Below the pieces are notes generated by a model. It was given only the letters and a program-made list of their open reading frames with translations, was not told the origin of the DNA and made no database searches. DNA of 64,000 nucleotides from an uncultured delta proteobacterium (lineage in GTDB: Bacteria > Myxococcota_A > Polyangia > Polyangiales > JAFGIB01): NCBI GenBank assembly GCA_963778655.1, contig CAVZVA010000005.1, forward strand, positions 384,001 through 448,000, written 5' to 3'. This document shows positions 29,097-38,278 of this stretch, piece after piece. The translations under genes and the position numbers were made by a program. Each line of letters opens with the position of its first letter. The first letter of the stretch is position 1.

Positions 29097-31745
29097 ATGG
29101 CTCAAGCCACGGTCCCGTCGTTCCGCGACACGTGCCGCGACTATCTGACCACGCATCGCTCCTCTCTGGCCGCGGCCGTGGAGGCGGGGCAGCGCGGTCT
29201 GCTGGTGTCGGAGGGCTACGCGCGCATGTACGACGGGTTGCTGGGCAGCCTGTGCTGCGCCGCGGCGGCCGAGCACCACGCCGGCGAGCAGCCGCTGGGG
29301 CGCGTGGCGCTGATTGCGGTGGGCGGCTACGGGCGGCGGCTGATGGCGCCGCACAGCGACGTGGACGTGCTATTTCTGTGCGACGACCCGACCGATCCGC
29401 GGATCGCGCAGCTCGCCGAATCGGTGCTCTACCCGCTGTGGGACGTGGGGGTGGACATCGGCCACGCGGTGCGCGGGCTGGGCGAGACGCTCGAGCTCAG
29501 CGAGTCCGACATCCGCACCTCGACCACGCTGCTCGACATGCGCCACGTCGCCGGTGACAAGCCGATCGTGCAGGAGCTGTGCGAGCGCGGCCGCAAGCTG
29601 ATCTTCCAGGAGCAGCTCGAGCGTTTCATCGCCGCGCTCGAGGCCGACACCGAGGCGCGGCACGAGCGCTTCGGCGAGTCGCTGTACGTGCGCGAGCCGG
29701 AGCTCAAGCTCGGCCGCGGCGGGCTGCGCGACCTCGACGTGATCCAGTGGTGCGTGCGCGCGCGCTTCGACGTCGAGACGCTGGAGCAGAGCGAGGCCAA
29801 CGGCGTGCTGACGCGCCACGAGATCGCCGACCTGCGCGCGGCCCAGGATCAACTGTGGACCGTGCGAAACCGGCTGCACCTGATGGCAGGCCGGCGCCAT
29901 GACCGGGTGACCTTCGAGGACCAGGAGGTGCTGGCGGCCAAGCTCGGCTATCGCGACGGGATGACGCTGGCGGTCGAGCAGTACATGCAGGCGCACTTTC
30001 GCCACGCGCGCGCCATCGCGCGGGTGGTCGACGTGATCGGCGACCGCGTGCGGCGCTCGTTGCGGCCGCCGCCCACCACCATCCGCGACCTTGGCGGCGG
30101 GGTACTGGTGCACGACCGCCACGTGACCTTCAAGCGCATGGATCTGAGCGACAATCCGTCGGTCACGTTCCGGCTCTACGGCTGCGTGGCGCGCGAGAAC
30201 CTGCCGCCCGACCCCGAGGCGCGCGACGCCATCTCGGCGGCGACGGCCGATCGCGACTGGGCCAAGCGGTTGCGGCGGCAGGACGAGGCGGCGACCATCT
30301 TCAGCCAGATCCTGACTCGCGCCGAAGTGGCGAAGGTGCGCCGGGGCTCGCTGATCCAGGAGCTGCACGAGGTCGGCTTGCTGCTGGCGATGATTCCGGA
30401 GCTGGAGGCGGTCACCGGGCGCGTGCGCCACGACGCCTATCACACCTACACGGTCGACGCGCAATCGATCATGGCGGTCGACCGCTTGCACGAGCTGGCG
30501 CGCGGCGAGCTGGCGGGCGATTTTCGCGTGGTCAGCCGCTGCGCCGCGGAGATGTCGCGCCCGCTCCCGCTGTACCTGGCGCTGCTGCTGCAGGGGCTGG
30601 GCACCGGCCATCCCGACGACCCGCCCAAGCACGCGGCAGCGATCGCGGGGCCGGTCGCCGAGCGGCTGGGGCTGGCGCTGGAGGACGTGCGCCACATGCA
30701 GTGGCTGATCGCGAGCCAGTCGATCATGTACTTCTGGGCCACGCGCCGCGACATCACCGATCCCAGCGTGATCACGGAGGTCGCGCGCGAGGTGCAGACC
30801 TCGCACCGGCTGCAGGACCTGTTCCTGTTCACCTTCTGCCAGGTCTCGACCGACAACCCAACCGCGATGAGCGCCTGGAACGCGCGCATGCTCGACGAGC
30901 TGTGGCAGGCGGTCTCCGACCACCTCGAGGGCCGCGGCAGTGGCGTGACCGAGCAGCTCGAGCGCGTGCGCCGCGAGGTCATGGCTGGGGTGGAGCCGGT
31001 CCAGCGCGCGCGGCTGGAGGCCTTCGTGGCACAGGCGCCGGAGCGCTACCTGCAGGCCAACAGCATCGAGCGCATCCGCGCGCACGCCGAGGTGGTCACG
31101 CAGCGCAAGGGTACGCTGGCGTTCGGCGCGAGCGAAGCCGGCAGCGGCCGTGGCACGCTCGAGCTGGTGATCGCGTGCGACGACCGGCCCGGGTTGCTCG
31201 CGGATCTCACCGCGGCGCTGGCCGCCGCGCGCTTCAGCGTGGATTCGGCCCAGCTGTATACGCTCAAGCCCGAAGGCCGGCCGGACGAGGCATTCGACGT
31301 GTTCAACGTCTCGCACTCGAACATGGAGTCTGCCGAGCTGATGCGGCCCGAGCTGGAGCGGCTGCGCGCCAATATCGAGGATCTGCTCTCGGGTCGCGTG
31401 CGCGCGGACGAGCTACTCGCGCGCCGCACGCAGCGCCCCTCGTGGGCGCGCCCCGGCCCGCGCATCAAGACCGAGATCCACGTAGACAATGCCTCCTCGC
31501 CTCGCTACACCATCGTCGACGTTTACACCCGCGACCGTCCCGACCTGTTGCACGTGATCGCGCGCACGCTGCACGAGAAGGGCCTGACGATCGCGCTGGC
31601 CAAGGTCAACACCGAGGGCGAGCGCGTCGCCGACGTGTTCTACGTGCAGGCGTTGGGGGTGGGCGGCAAGCTCGGCGGTGGTGCCGGGCAGCTGGCAGGC
31701 CTTTCGACTGCGCTGCGCGATGTGATACGCAGGCTCGACGAGTGA
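29097..31745 (+). CDS. glnD: [Protein-PII] uridylyltransferase GlnD (NT, degenerate HD, two ACT domains)
   Basis: 'AVGGYGR...HSDVD', 'EPELKLGRGGLRD', ACT motifs 'DRPGLLA' and 'DRPDLL...TEGERVADVFYV'. Confidence 0.9.
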   Translation: MAQATVPSFRDTCRDYLTTHRSSLAAAVEAGQRGLLVSEGYARMYDGLLGSLCCAAAAEHHAGEQPLGRVALIAVGGYGRRLMAPHSDVDVLFLCDDPTDPRIAQLAESVLYPLWDVGVDIGHAVRGLGETLELSESDIRTSTTLLDMRHVAGDKPIVQELCERGRKLIFQEQLERFIAALEADTEARHERFGESLYVREPELKLGRGGLRDLDVIQWCVRARFDVETLEQSEANGVLTRHEIADLRAAQDQLWTVRNRLHLMAGRRHDRVTFEDQEVLAAKLGYRDGMTLAVEQYMQAHFRHARAIARVVDVIGDRVRRSLRPPPTTIRDLGGGVLVHDRHVTFKRMDLSDNPSVTFRLYGCVARENLPPDPEARDAISAATADRDWAKRLRRQDEAATIFSQILTRAEVAKVRRGSLIQELHEVGLLLAMIPELEAVTGRVRHDAYHTYTVDAQSIMAVDRLHELARGELAGDFRVVSRCAAEMSRPLPLYLALLLQGLGTGHPDDPPKHAAAIAGPVAERLGLALEDVRHMQWLIASQSIMYFWATRRDITDPSVITEVAREVQTSHRLQDLFLFTFCQVSTDNPTAMSAWNARMLDELWQAVSDHLEGRGSGVTEQLERVRREVMAGVEPVQRARLEAFVAQAPERYLQANSIERIRAHAEVVTQRKGTLAFGASEAGSGRGTLELVIACDDRPGLLADLTAALAAARFSVDSAQLYTLKPEGRPDEAFDVFNVSHSNMESAELMRPELERLRANIEDLLSGRVRADELLARRTQRPSWARPGPRIKTEIHVDNASSPRYTIVDVYTRDRPDLLHVIARTLHEKGLTIALAKVNTEGERVADVFYVQALGVGGKLGGGAGQLAGLSTALRDVIRRLDE

Positions 31746-31821
31746 GCGTCCGGGCTCGGGCAGCGGGCGTGACGCGCCCCGAGTGCGCCGAGCAGGGCAG
31801 CTTCGGGTGAAAGGAGCGGCG

Positions 31822-32835
31822 ATGGGCTTTGCATGGATTCTCGCGATCGTCGTGTCACTGGGGCTCGCGGCGTGCGGGGGCGGGGCGGTCGAGGCTACGC
31901 GTCCGGCCGCGGCCCTGCCCGAGGATCAGCCTGCGCCGCCGCCGGCGCGCTCGGTCCCGCAGGCCTCGGCGCTGGTCAAGCAAGGCGAGGCCAAGCTGCA
32001 GAAGCAGGACGCGGCCGGCGCGCAGGCGCTGTTCGAGCAGGCGCTCTCGCAAAGCCCCGACGATGCGCGCGCCGCGCTCGACCTCGGCATCGCGTGCGAG
32101 ATGCAGAACGACGAGAAGGGCGCGGAGGCAGCGTACCGGCGCGCGGTCAAGGCGCAGCCCGAGCTGGCCGAGGCGCTAAACAACCTCGGGGTGCTGCTGC
32201 GCGCCAAGGGTGAGCTCGACGAGGCGCTGGAGCTGCTGCAGCGCGCGACCAAGGCCGATCCGCACTCGGCTTCGGCGCAGGCGAATCTGGGGCTGGCGCT
32301 GGAGGATCACGGCGACGCGGCCGGTGCCGAGGCGGCCTACCGCGCGGCGCTCGAGCTGGAGCCGGGCGCCACCATGACGCGGGTGAACCTCGGGCTGCTG
32401 CTGGTGAACAAGGGCGATGCGGCCGGAGCCAAGGAGCAGTTGGGCAAGGCGTTGCAGGATGCCAAGGGCGACCGCGCGGCGCTGGTCGCGATCGGCAACG
32501 GGCTGCGGCGTGCGGGTGACGCGCAGGGCGCGCTGCAGGCGATGCAGGCCGCGGTGGAGGGCGACAGCGCGCCGACGCCCGCGGTGCTCGCCGAGCTGGC
32601 GCTGGCGCAGCACGCCGCGGGCGATCGCGACGCCGCCATCGCCACGCTCGAGCGCGCGCTCAAGATCGACGCGCGCTACGCGATCGCGCACTACCTGCTG
32701 GGCGGCATGCTGGCGGCCGAGCACCACCTGGACGAGGCCAAGAAGCACTACGAGCGCTACCTGGCGCTCGAGCCCAACGGCAAGCAGGCGTCGCAGGCCC
32801 GCGAGCGGCTCAAGCTGCTCAAGAAGGCACGCTAG
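31822..32835 (+). CDS. Tetratricopeptide-repeat lipoprotein
   Basis: AAGGAG RBS; lipobox 'LAAC'; multiple TPR units such as 'ALNNLGVLL' and 'AQANLGLAL'. Confidence 0.88.
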   Translation: MGFAWILAIVVSLGLAACGGGAVEATRPAAALPEDQPAPPPARSVPQASALVKQGEAKLQKQDAAGAQALFEQALSQSPDDARAALDLGIACEMQNDEKGAEAAYRRAVKAQPELAEALNNLGVLLRAKGELDEALELLQRATKADPHSASAQANLGLALEDHGDAAGAEAAYRAALELEPGATMTRVNLGLLLVNKGDAAGAKEQLGKALQDAKGDRAALVAIGNGLRRAGDAQGALQAMQAAVEGDSAPTPAVLAELALAQHAAGDRDAAIATLERALKIDARYAIAHYLLGGMLAAEHHLDEAKKHYERYLALEPNGKQASQARERLKLLKKAR

Positions 32836-32997
32836 TGCAGCGTCCGCGAGATGGGATCAAGGGATCGTGAGTGAGGTGGGTCCGAGCGCAAGGCGCCGCA
32901 GCACAGGAATACTCCGTGTATTTCAAGCTGTGGCAACGCCGCGATCGGGCCCGCATCGCTCGCGAGGATTCGTTCTATCTCGCGGACGCTGCACTAG
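32832..32997. mobile_element. MITE-like element with perfect 21-bp terminal inverted repeats, bounded by CTAG
   Basis: 'ctagtgcagcgtccgcgagat' ... 'atctcgcggacgctgcactag'. Confidence 0.75.
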
Positions 32998-33164
32998 AGC
33001 ACCGAACCTATTGAAACACGCACGATTTCGGGGCCCTCGCGGGCGCATGGCACGCGCGCTCCCCGCTCGACGTAGGATGGACTACGCCTTCGGGCTCCCG
33101 CCCGCACCCTGCGTCCCGCCATGACCCCGACTTCGCACACGTTTCAATATATTCGGTGCTCTGG
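32994..33164. mobile_element. Second MITE-like element in tandem, sharing the CTAG
   Basis: 'ctagagcaccgaacctattgaaac' ... 'gtttcaatatattcggtgctctgg' (21/24 inverted match). Confidence 0.65.
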
Positions 33165-33311
33165 GACGCGAACCCCGCCGCGGCATCATCTGCCGGCGAT
33201 TCACGCGAATCGCGTTCTGCCTGCCGCATCGCCTCGGCGACCCCGGCGAGAGGCGATTTGCCAATTGCACCCTGGTTTGGTGCGCGGCGCAGGATGGCCG
33301 CAGCGAGGTCG

Positions 33312-34820
33312 ATGATGGTTTGGCCTGCCGCGCGCCGGACGGCGCTCGTGTCCGTGCTCGGTGCCCTGGCCTTCTCGTGCACGGGCGGCGACGGCGCTGC
33401 ACCCCACGAGCCGGTGGTATCCGCTCCGGGCGTGGGCGGTAGCGGCGTGTTGCCTGGTGGCGCTGGTGGATCCCTCGGCAGCGGTGGCTCCGCGGGTGCC
33501 GTCGCCAGCGGCAGCGGAGGCGGTCCCGGCACCGGCACCGGAGTCGCCGGCCCGCCGCTGATCGACGCGGGCGGCGGGACCGGGGGCGGTGCGCCGGACG
33601 CGAGCGTCGCGGACGCCGCGTTGCCCGTCGATCGTTGCGCGGCCGATCGCATCGGAGACCACGAGGTCTCCGACCCGGCCACCGGCAATTCCTACGAGCC
33701 CACGCTGGCCGCGAGCCCCTCGGGCAGCGTGGTCGCGAGCTACTTCACCTATCCGGACGCGCTCGGCAATGCGACCGAGATCGGATACCGCGTGTCGCGC
33801 GACTTCGGCGCGACCTGGGGCGACGTGCAGCGCATCGCCTCGCCGAGAACCCAGCACGCCGCCGATCCCGTGCTGGGGTTCGACGCAGCGGACAACTTCT
33901 ATCTCGGGTTCGTCGCCAACCAGACCAGCGGCGACGGCGATGGATGGATCTATGTGGCCAAGCTGGCCGCGGGGGCGTCGGCGTTCGCGACGCCCGTGCT
34001 CGCGTCGAGCGACGCGACGGCCGAGCGCGACAAGCCCTGGCTGTTCGTCGACAACGCGAACAACGTGTTCGCGGGCCACGTGCTGGGCGCCAACAATCGC
34101 TGGCAGATGCTGCTCGACAAGTCGACCGATGGAGGTGCGTCGTTTACGGAGAGCACGATCATCGGTGGGTTCACCGACGTACAGCTCGGCGCCATGTGCC
34201 AGGACCCCGCGGGCGGTCCCGACGCGCCCCTCTACTTCGTGTACTTCCGCAACGCGGCGGGGTTCACGATCAACGCGCGCCGCTCGACCGATGGGGGCGC
34301 GACCTGGTCCGCGGAGGTTCCCGCCGCCACCCAGGGCGTCTCGTACACGGATCCGACCTGCGTCGCCTCCGGCCAGGACCTGTGGATCGCGTACGGGACC
34401 ACCGCGCTGCCGGACGAGTCCTCGCTCGGCCGCCAGTCGGACGCAGGCGTCAAGGTCGTGCACTCCGGCGACGGCGGGCTCAGCTTCGATGCGCCGGTGA
34501 ACGTCTCGGATGGCATGCCGTCGTATATGCTGCCGCGCATCGCCGCGGGCGGTGATCGGCTCTACATCGGCTACTACCAGGGTCCCTACGGCGTGCCCGG
34601 CGCGCAGCTGAAGCTCGCGAGCTCGAGCGACAACGGCGCCAGCTGGGCGCCCGAGGTGATGGTGAGCCAGGTCGGCACGCTCACCGACCAGCGCCAGTCG
34701 CTCACTTTCATGGGCGACTACTTCGGCCTCGCGGCGCCGGCCGGCTGGATCTTCGCGGGAACCATCGACAACACGACCAATCCCAACACGATTCAGGTGG
34801 TGAGCCGCTGCGCGCGGTGA
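33312..34820 (+). CDS. BNR/Asp-box repeat (sialidase-like beta-propeller) lipoprotein
   Basis: Asp-boxes 'SRDFGATW', 'STDGGASF', 'STDGGATW', 'SGDGGLSF', 'SSDNGASW'; 'DKPWL', 'GDYFG'; lipobox 'AFSC' and Gly-rich linker. Confidence 0.82.
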   Translation: MMVWPAARRTALVSVLGALAFSCTGGDGAAPHEPVVSAPGVGGSGVLPGGAGGSLGSGGSAGAVASGSGGGPGTGTGVAGPPLIDAGGGTGGGAPDASVADAALPVDRCAADRIGDHEVSDPATGNSYEPTLAASPSGSVVASYFTYPDALGNATEIGYRVSRDFGATWGDVQRIASPRTQHAADPVLGFDAADNFYLGFVANQTSGDGDGWIYVAKLAAGASAFATPVLASSDATAERDKPWLFVDNANNVFAGHVLGANNRWQMLLDKSTDGGASFTESTIIGGFTDVQLGAMCQDPAGGPDAPLYFVYFRNAAGFTINARRSTDGGATWSAEVPAATQGVSYTDPTCVASGQDLWIAYGTTALPDESSLGRQSDAGVKVVHSGDGGLSFDAPVNVSDGMPSYMLPRIAAGGDRLYIGYYQGPYGVPGAQLKLASSSDNGASWAPEVMVSQVGTLTDQRQSLTFMGDYFGLAAPAGWIFAGTIDNTTNPNTIQVVSRCAR

Positions 34821-34930
34821 GGCCGGGCGCGGCACAACTCGAACGCACGCGCACGCGCAGTGGCGCTAAGGACCGCAATTTGCGTGCGACAGACCGAGCC
34901 GACTGGAGCGGTTGCGCTATCCTGTCCGGC

Positions 34931-35548
34931 ATGGACGAAGCTTTCTGGGACCAGCGCTACCGTTCTGCCGCGAGTGTGTGGAGCGGGAAGCCCAACCCTC
35001 AGCTCGTTGCCGAGGTTGCCGACGCGTCGCCCGGTTCGGCGCTCGACGCCGGTGCCGGCGAAGGGGCCGATGCCGTGTGGCTCGCGGAGCAGGGTTGGCA
35101 GGTGACGGCGGTCGACTTCTCCCGCGTCGCGCTGCAGCGAGGCCATAGCCACGCGGCCGCCCGAGGCGCAGAGGTCGCGCAGAAGATCGTCTGGCTCCAC
35201 GAGGATCTGACGCAATGGCAGCCACCCGTTGCGAGCTACGATCTCGTCTCGGTTCAGTTCCTGCATCTGCCACCAGCGCAGCGGCGTCCGATCTATCGAC
35301 GTCTGGCCGACGCGGTGAGACCGGGAGGCCTACTGTTGATCGTTGGCCATCACCCGTCGGACCTGGAGACGACGGCGAGGCGCCCGTCCGATCGCGACCT
35401 GCTGTTCACCGCGGACGAGCTGGCGCGCGAGCTAGGAGGGGAGTGGACCGTGTTGGTTCGAGATGCCAGACCCCGAGCCGCCAGCGACCCGAACGGGGCA
35501 CCGATCACGATTCACGACAGTGTGATATTGGCCCGACGAACCGGCTGA
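34931..35548 (+). CDS. Class I SAM-dependent methyltransferase
   Basis: 'FWDQRY', 'ALDAGAGEGADAVWLAEQGWQVTAVDFS', 'YDLV', 'RPGG'. Confidence 0.88.
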   Translation: MDEAFWDQRYRSAASVWSGKPNPQLVAEVADASPGSALDAGAGEGADAVWLAEQGWQVTAVDFSRVALQRGHSHAAARGAEVAQKIVWLHEDLTQWQPPVASYDLVSVQFLHLPPAQRRPIYRRLADAVRPGGLLLIVGHHPSDLETTARRPSDRDLLFTADELARELGGEWTVLVRDARPRAASDPNGAPITIHDSVILARRTG

Positions 35549-35715
35549 CGGCGCTATGCGAGAGTCGGCAGACCGCTGGCACGTCACGTCGAGGGCTGGT
35601 GGCCGACGACGGGTATCGGCTCAAGACCGAAGCTGTCTTGGCCGCCAGAGACGGGTTCCAACCGCCATGAGTGGACAAGGGCGAGCGAGCCGGCACGGTT
35701 ACGCGGCACACGGGT

Positions 35716-36306
35716 TCAACCCTGACCGCGCGGGCCGCCGACCAGGAAGATCTCGAAGCTTTCGCTGCGCGAGGCGTCGGGCTTGACCAGGCGTGCCTGC
35801 CCCAACAAGCGCGTGGTGGCAGCGCGGGCCTGCTCGAGCTCGGGGCCTTGGAAGATCTTGCCGATGAAGTGGCCGCCCGGCGTGAGCAGGGCGTCCGCGA
35901 CGCGCAGTGCTTGCATGTAGAGCTCGAAGCTGAGGTATTGATCGCGGTGGCGCTGGCCGCTGGTGTGGGGCGCCATGTCGCTCAGCACGAGATCGAAAAG
36001 CCCGGTCTCCTGCAGCGTGTCGGGGCTCAGCGCTTCGACCTCGAGCTGCACGAAGCGCACCTGTGGGGGGGCGGCGACCGTGATCGCTTGGCGATCGACG
36101 CCCACCACACGCCCGCGCGGCCCGACGCGCTCGGCCGCGTACAAGCTCCACGAGCCCGGCGCGGCCCCCAAGTCGAGCACGCGCTGTCCGCTGCGAAACA
36201 AGCGGAAGCGCTTATCGATCTGCTGCAGCTTGAAGACCGAGCGCGCGGGGTAGCCCTCCTTGCGCGCGCGCTCGCCGTAATGATCCTGCGGCCGGCGGCG
36301 CGGCAC
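35716..36306 (-). CDS. rlmE: 23S rRNA Um2552 methyltransferase RlmE/FtsJ
   Basis: 'ARKEGYPARSVFKL', 'DLGAAPGSW', 'LSDMAP', 'KPDASRSESFE'. Confidence 0.93.
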   Translation of the reverse strand: MPRRRPQDHYGERARKEGYPARSVFKLQQIDKRFRLFRSGQRVLDLGAAPGSWSLYAAERVGPRGRVVGVDRQAITVAAPPQVRFVQLEVEALSPDTLQETGLFDLVLSDMAPHTSGQRHRDQYLSFELYMQALRVADALLTPGGHFIGKIFQGPELEQARAATTRLLGQARLVKPDASRSESFEIFLVGGPRGQG

Positions 36307-36340
36307 TACGCACCTCGGCCGGTGGGTCGGACCCTTGCGG

Positions 36341-37006
36341 TCACGCAGCCGGCTTGCGTGCCTTGACCGCGCCGCGCACGGTGACCAGGCCATTGCGTGC
36401 GCCGGGCACTGCGCCTTCGATCAACAGGATCTGCTCGTCGTCGAGGATCTTCGCGATCGGCAGGTTCAGCACCGTGATCTTTTCGTTGCCGTACTGGCCC
36501 GCCATCTTGAGGTTGGGCAGAGTGCGTCCTGGCGTCATGTTGGTGCCGATCGAGCCGCCGTGGCGGCGATACTCGTGGGTGCCGTGGCCGTCGGTGCCCG
36601 CGCCCTTGAAGTTCCAGCGCCGCATCACGCCGGTATAGCCGCGGCCGCGGGTAGTGCCCGAGACGTCCACCTTCTGGCCCACCTGGAAGTGCTCGGAGGG
36701 CTTGATGCTCTGGCCGACCTCGAACTTCGCCAGCGCATCGGCGGGCAGGCGTACCTCGCGCACCGCCTGCGCGGGCTTACGCTCGAGCTTCTTGTAGACA
36801 GCGAGCTGGGCCTTGGCCACGTGCTTCTCGCTCTTCTCGCCAAAGCCGAGGATCAGCGCGGAGTAGCCGTCCTTCTCTTGGGTGCGCTTGCCCAGCACGG
36901 TGCACGGTCCGACCTGGATCGCAGTCACCCGGCACACGCTGCCGCTTTCGGTGAAGAACTGGGTGTTTCCGAGCTTTTTGCCGATCAGGCCGAAGTTCGT
37001 ATTCAT
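36341..37006 (-). CDS. rplC: 50S ribosomal protein L3
   Basis: 'GLIGKKLGNTQFF', 'KDGYSA', 'VDVSGTTRGRGYTGVMRRW', 'HGGSIG', 'GAVPG'. Confidence 0.96.
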   Translation of the reverse strand: MNTNFGLIGKKLGNTQFFTESGSVCRVTAIQVGPCTVLGKRTQEKDGYSALILGFGEKSEKHVAKAQLAVYKKLERKPAQAVREVRLPADALAKFEVGQSIKPSEHFQVGQKVDVSGTTRGRGYTGVMRRWNFKGAGTDGHGTHEYRRHGGSIGTNMTPGRTLPNLKMAGQYGNEKITVLNLPIAKILDDEQILLIEGAVPGARNGLVTVRGAVKARKPAA

Positions 37007-37168
37007 GGTGCAACCCTGGGCGAAACGGGCGCAAAGGATACGACCGAAGGCCGCCGCGTCAAGCACTTGGGCGGCTTGAGGGGGTGGAAACCGGAAAACT
37101 GGGAGGGACGGGCGGGGCGAAGGCGGCGAAGACGACCGGCCGCGACCACGACTGGAACGGGGCCGGGG

Positions 37169-38221
37169 TCAGGGATCGGTGAGGGCTTGTTGGGCTAGGG
37201 TGCCGGTGGGGTCGGGGTGCTGGGCGAGGCGGTGTAGGGCGCGGCGTGCTTCGGGGCTATGGGGGAGCAGGGCGGCCAGCGCCGTGACCAGGGTCTCGGG
37301 ATCGGTGCCGCGCAGCCTTCGCGAGAGGCGCTCGAGCTCGCCTGCCAGCTCGAGCGCGCCGAGCTCACCGACCACTTGCACCGCGTAGCTACGCCCGTCG
37401 CTTCGAAATGCGCGCAGCACCTGGCGCAGCACCGGCGAGCCGCGCGCATCGCCGAGTCGCAGCAGCGCGCGCGCCGCGGCCACTTTCAGCGCCAGCGGTT
37501 TGAGCGCGCTCTGCGCGATCGCGGCGACCGCCTCGCGCAGCTCGCGCAGGCCGAGCGCGCCCACCGCGTCGAGCGCGTCCAGCACCAGCTCGCGGTCCTG
37601 CAGTGCGTCGCCGATCGCCTGCGCGCCCGAGGCGTCGCCGCGCTGGGCCAGCGCCAGTGCGGCTTCGCGGCCCACGCCTGGGTCGGGGTCCGCGAGCGCT
37701 GCGTGCAGCTCGGCTGCGCCCAGCGACTCGAAGCGCGCCAGGCTGCGCGCCGCGTGTGCGCGCACCTTCGGGTCGGGGTCCGCGAGCAGCGGCAGCAGGG
37801 CTTCGGCCTCACCGGCGTCGCAGCGCTCGGCAAAGCTCGCCGCCGCTTGAAAGCGCACTTCCGGATGTACGCTGCGCAGCGAGCGCCGCAGCGCTGCGAG
37901 CGCGCGTGCACCCGGCAGCGCGTCGATCGCGATCACGGCCAGCTCGCGCACCAGCGCGTCCGGGTCGGCGAGCCGGTCGAGCAGGCAATCCATGGCTTGC
38001 TCGTCGCCGAGCTCGCGCAAGCCGCGCAGCGCACCGGCGCGCACGCGCGTGTCGGCGTCCTCGGCCAGCTTGAGCAAGCCTTGCAAGGCGTCGGTCGCGC
38101 CTCCGGGTTCGGGCGCAGCCAGGCGGTCGGCCGCGGCCATGCGCGCCTCGGCGCTGTGCGCGTGCACGTCGCGCAAGGCGGCCTCGAAGGTCGGCGGCAA
38201 CGGCGGCAGCAGCCACGACAT
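37169..38221 (-). CDS. HEAT-repeat protein
   Basis: Repeats 'DADTRVRAGA', 'DPDALVRELA', 'HPEVRFQAA', 'DPDPKVRAHAA'. Confidence 0.82.
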   Translation of the reverse strand: MSWLLPPLPPTFEAALRDVHAHSAEARMAAADRLAAPEPGGATDALQGLLKLAEDADTRVRAGALRGLRELGDEQAMDCLLDRLADPDALVRELAVIAIDALPGARALAALRRSLRSVHPEVRFQAAASFAERCDAGEAEALLPLLADPDPKVRAHAARSLARFESLGAAELHAALADPDPGVGREAALALAQRGDASGAQAIGDALQDRELVLDALDAVGALGLRELREAVAAIAQSALKPLALKVAAARALLRLGDARGSPVLRQVLRAFRSDGRSYAVQVVGELGALELAGELERLSRRLRGTDPETLVTALAALLPHSPEARRALHRLAQHPDPTGTLAQQALTDP

Positions 38222-38278
38222 GGCTCAGCCTCCCCGCGACCGCGGGCGCGCGGTCGCCATGAGTGTGGCTGCCGGCAT

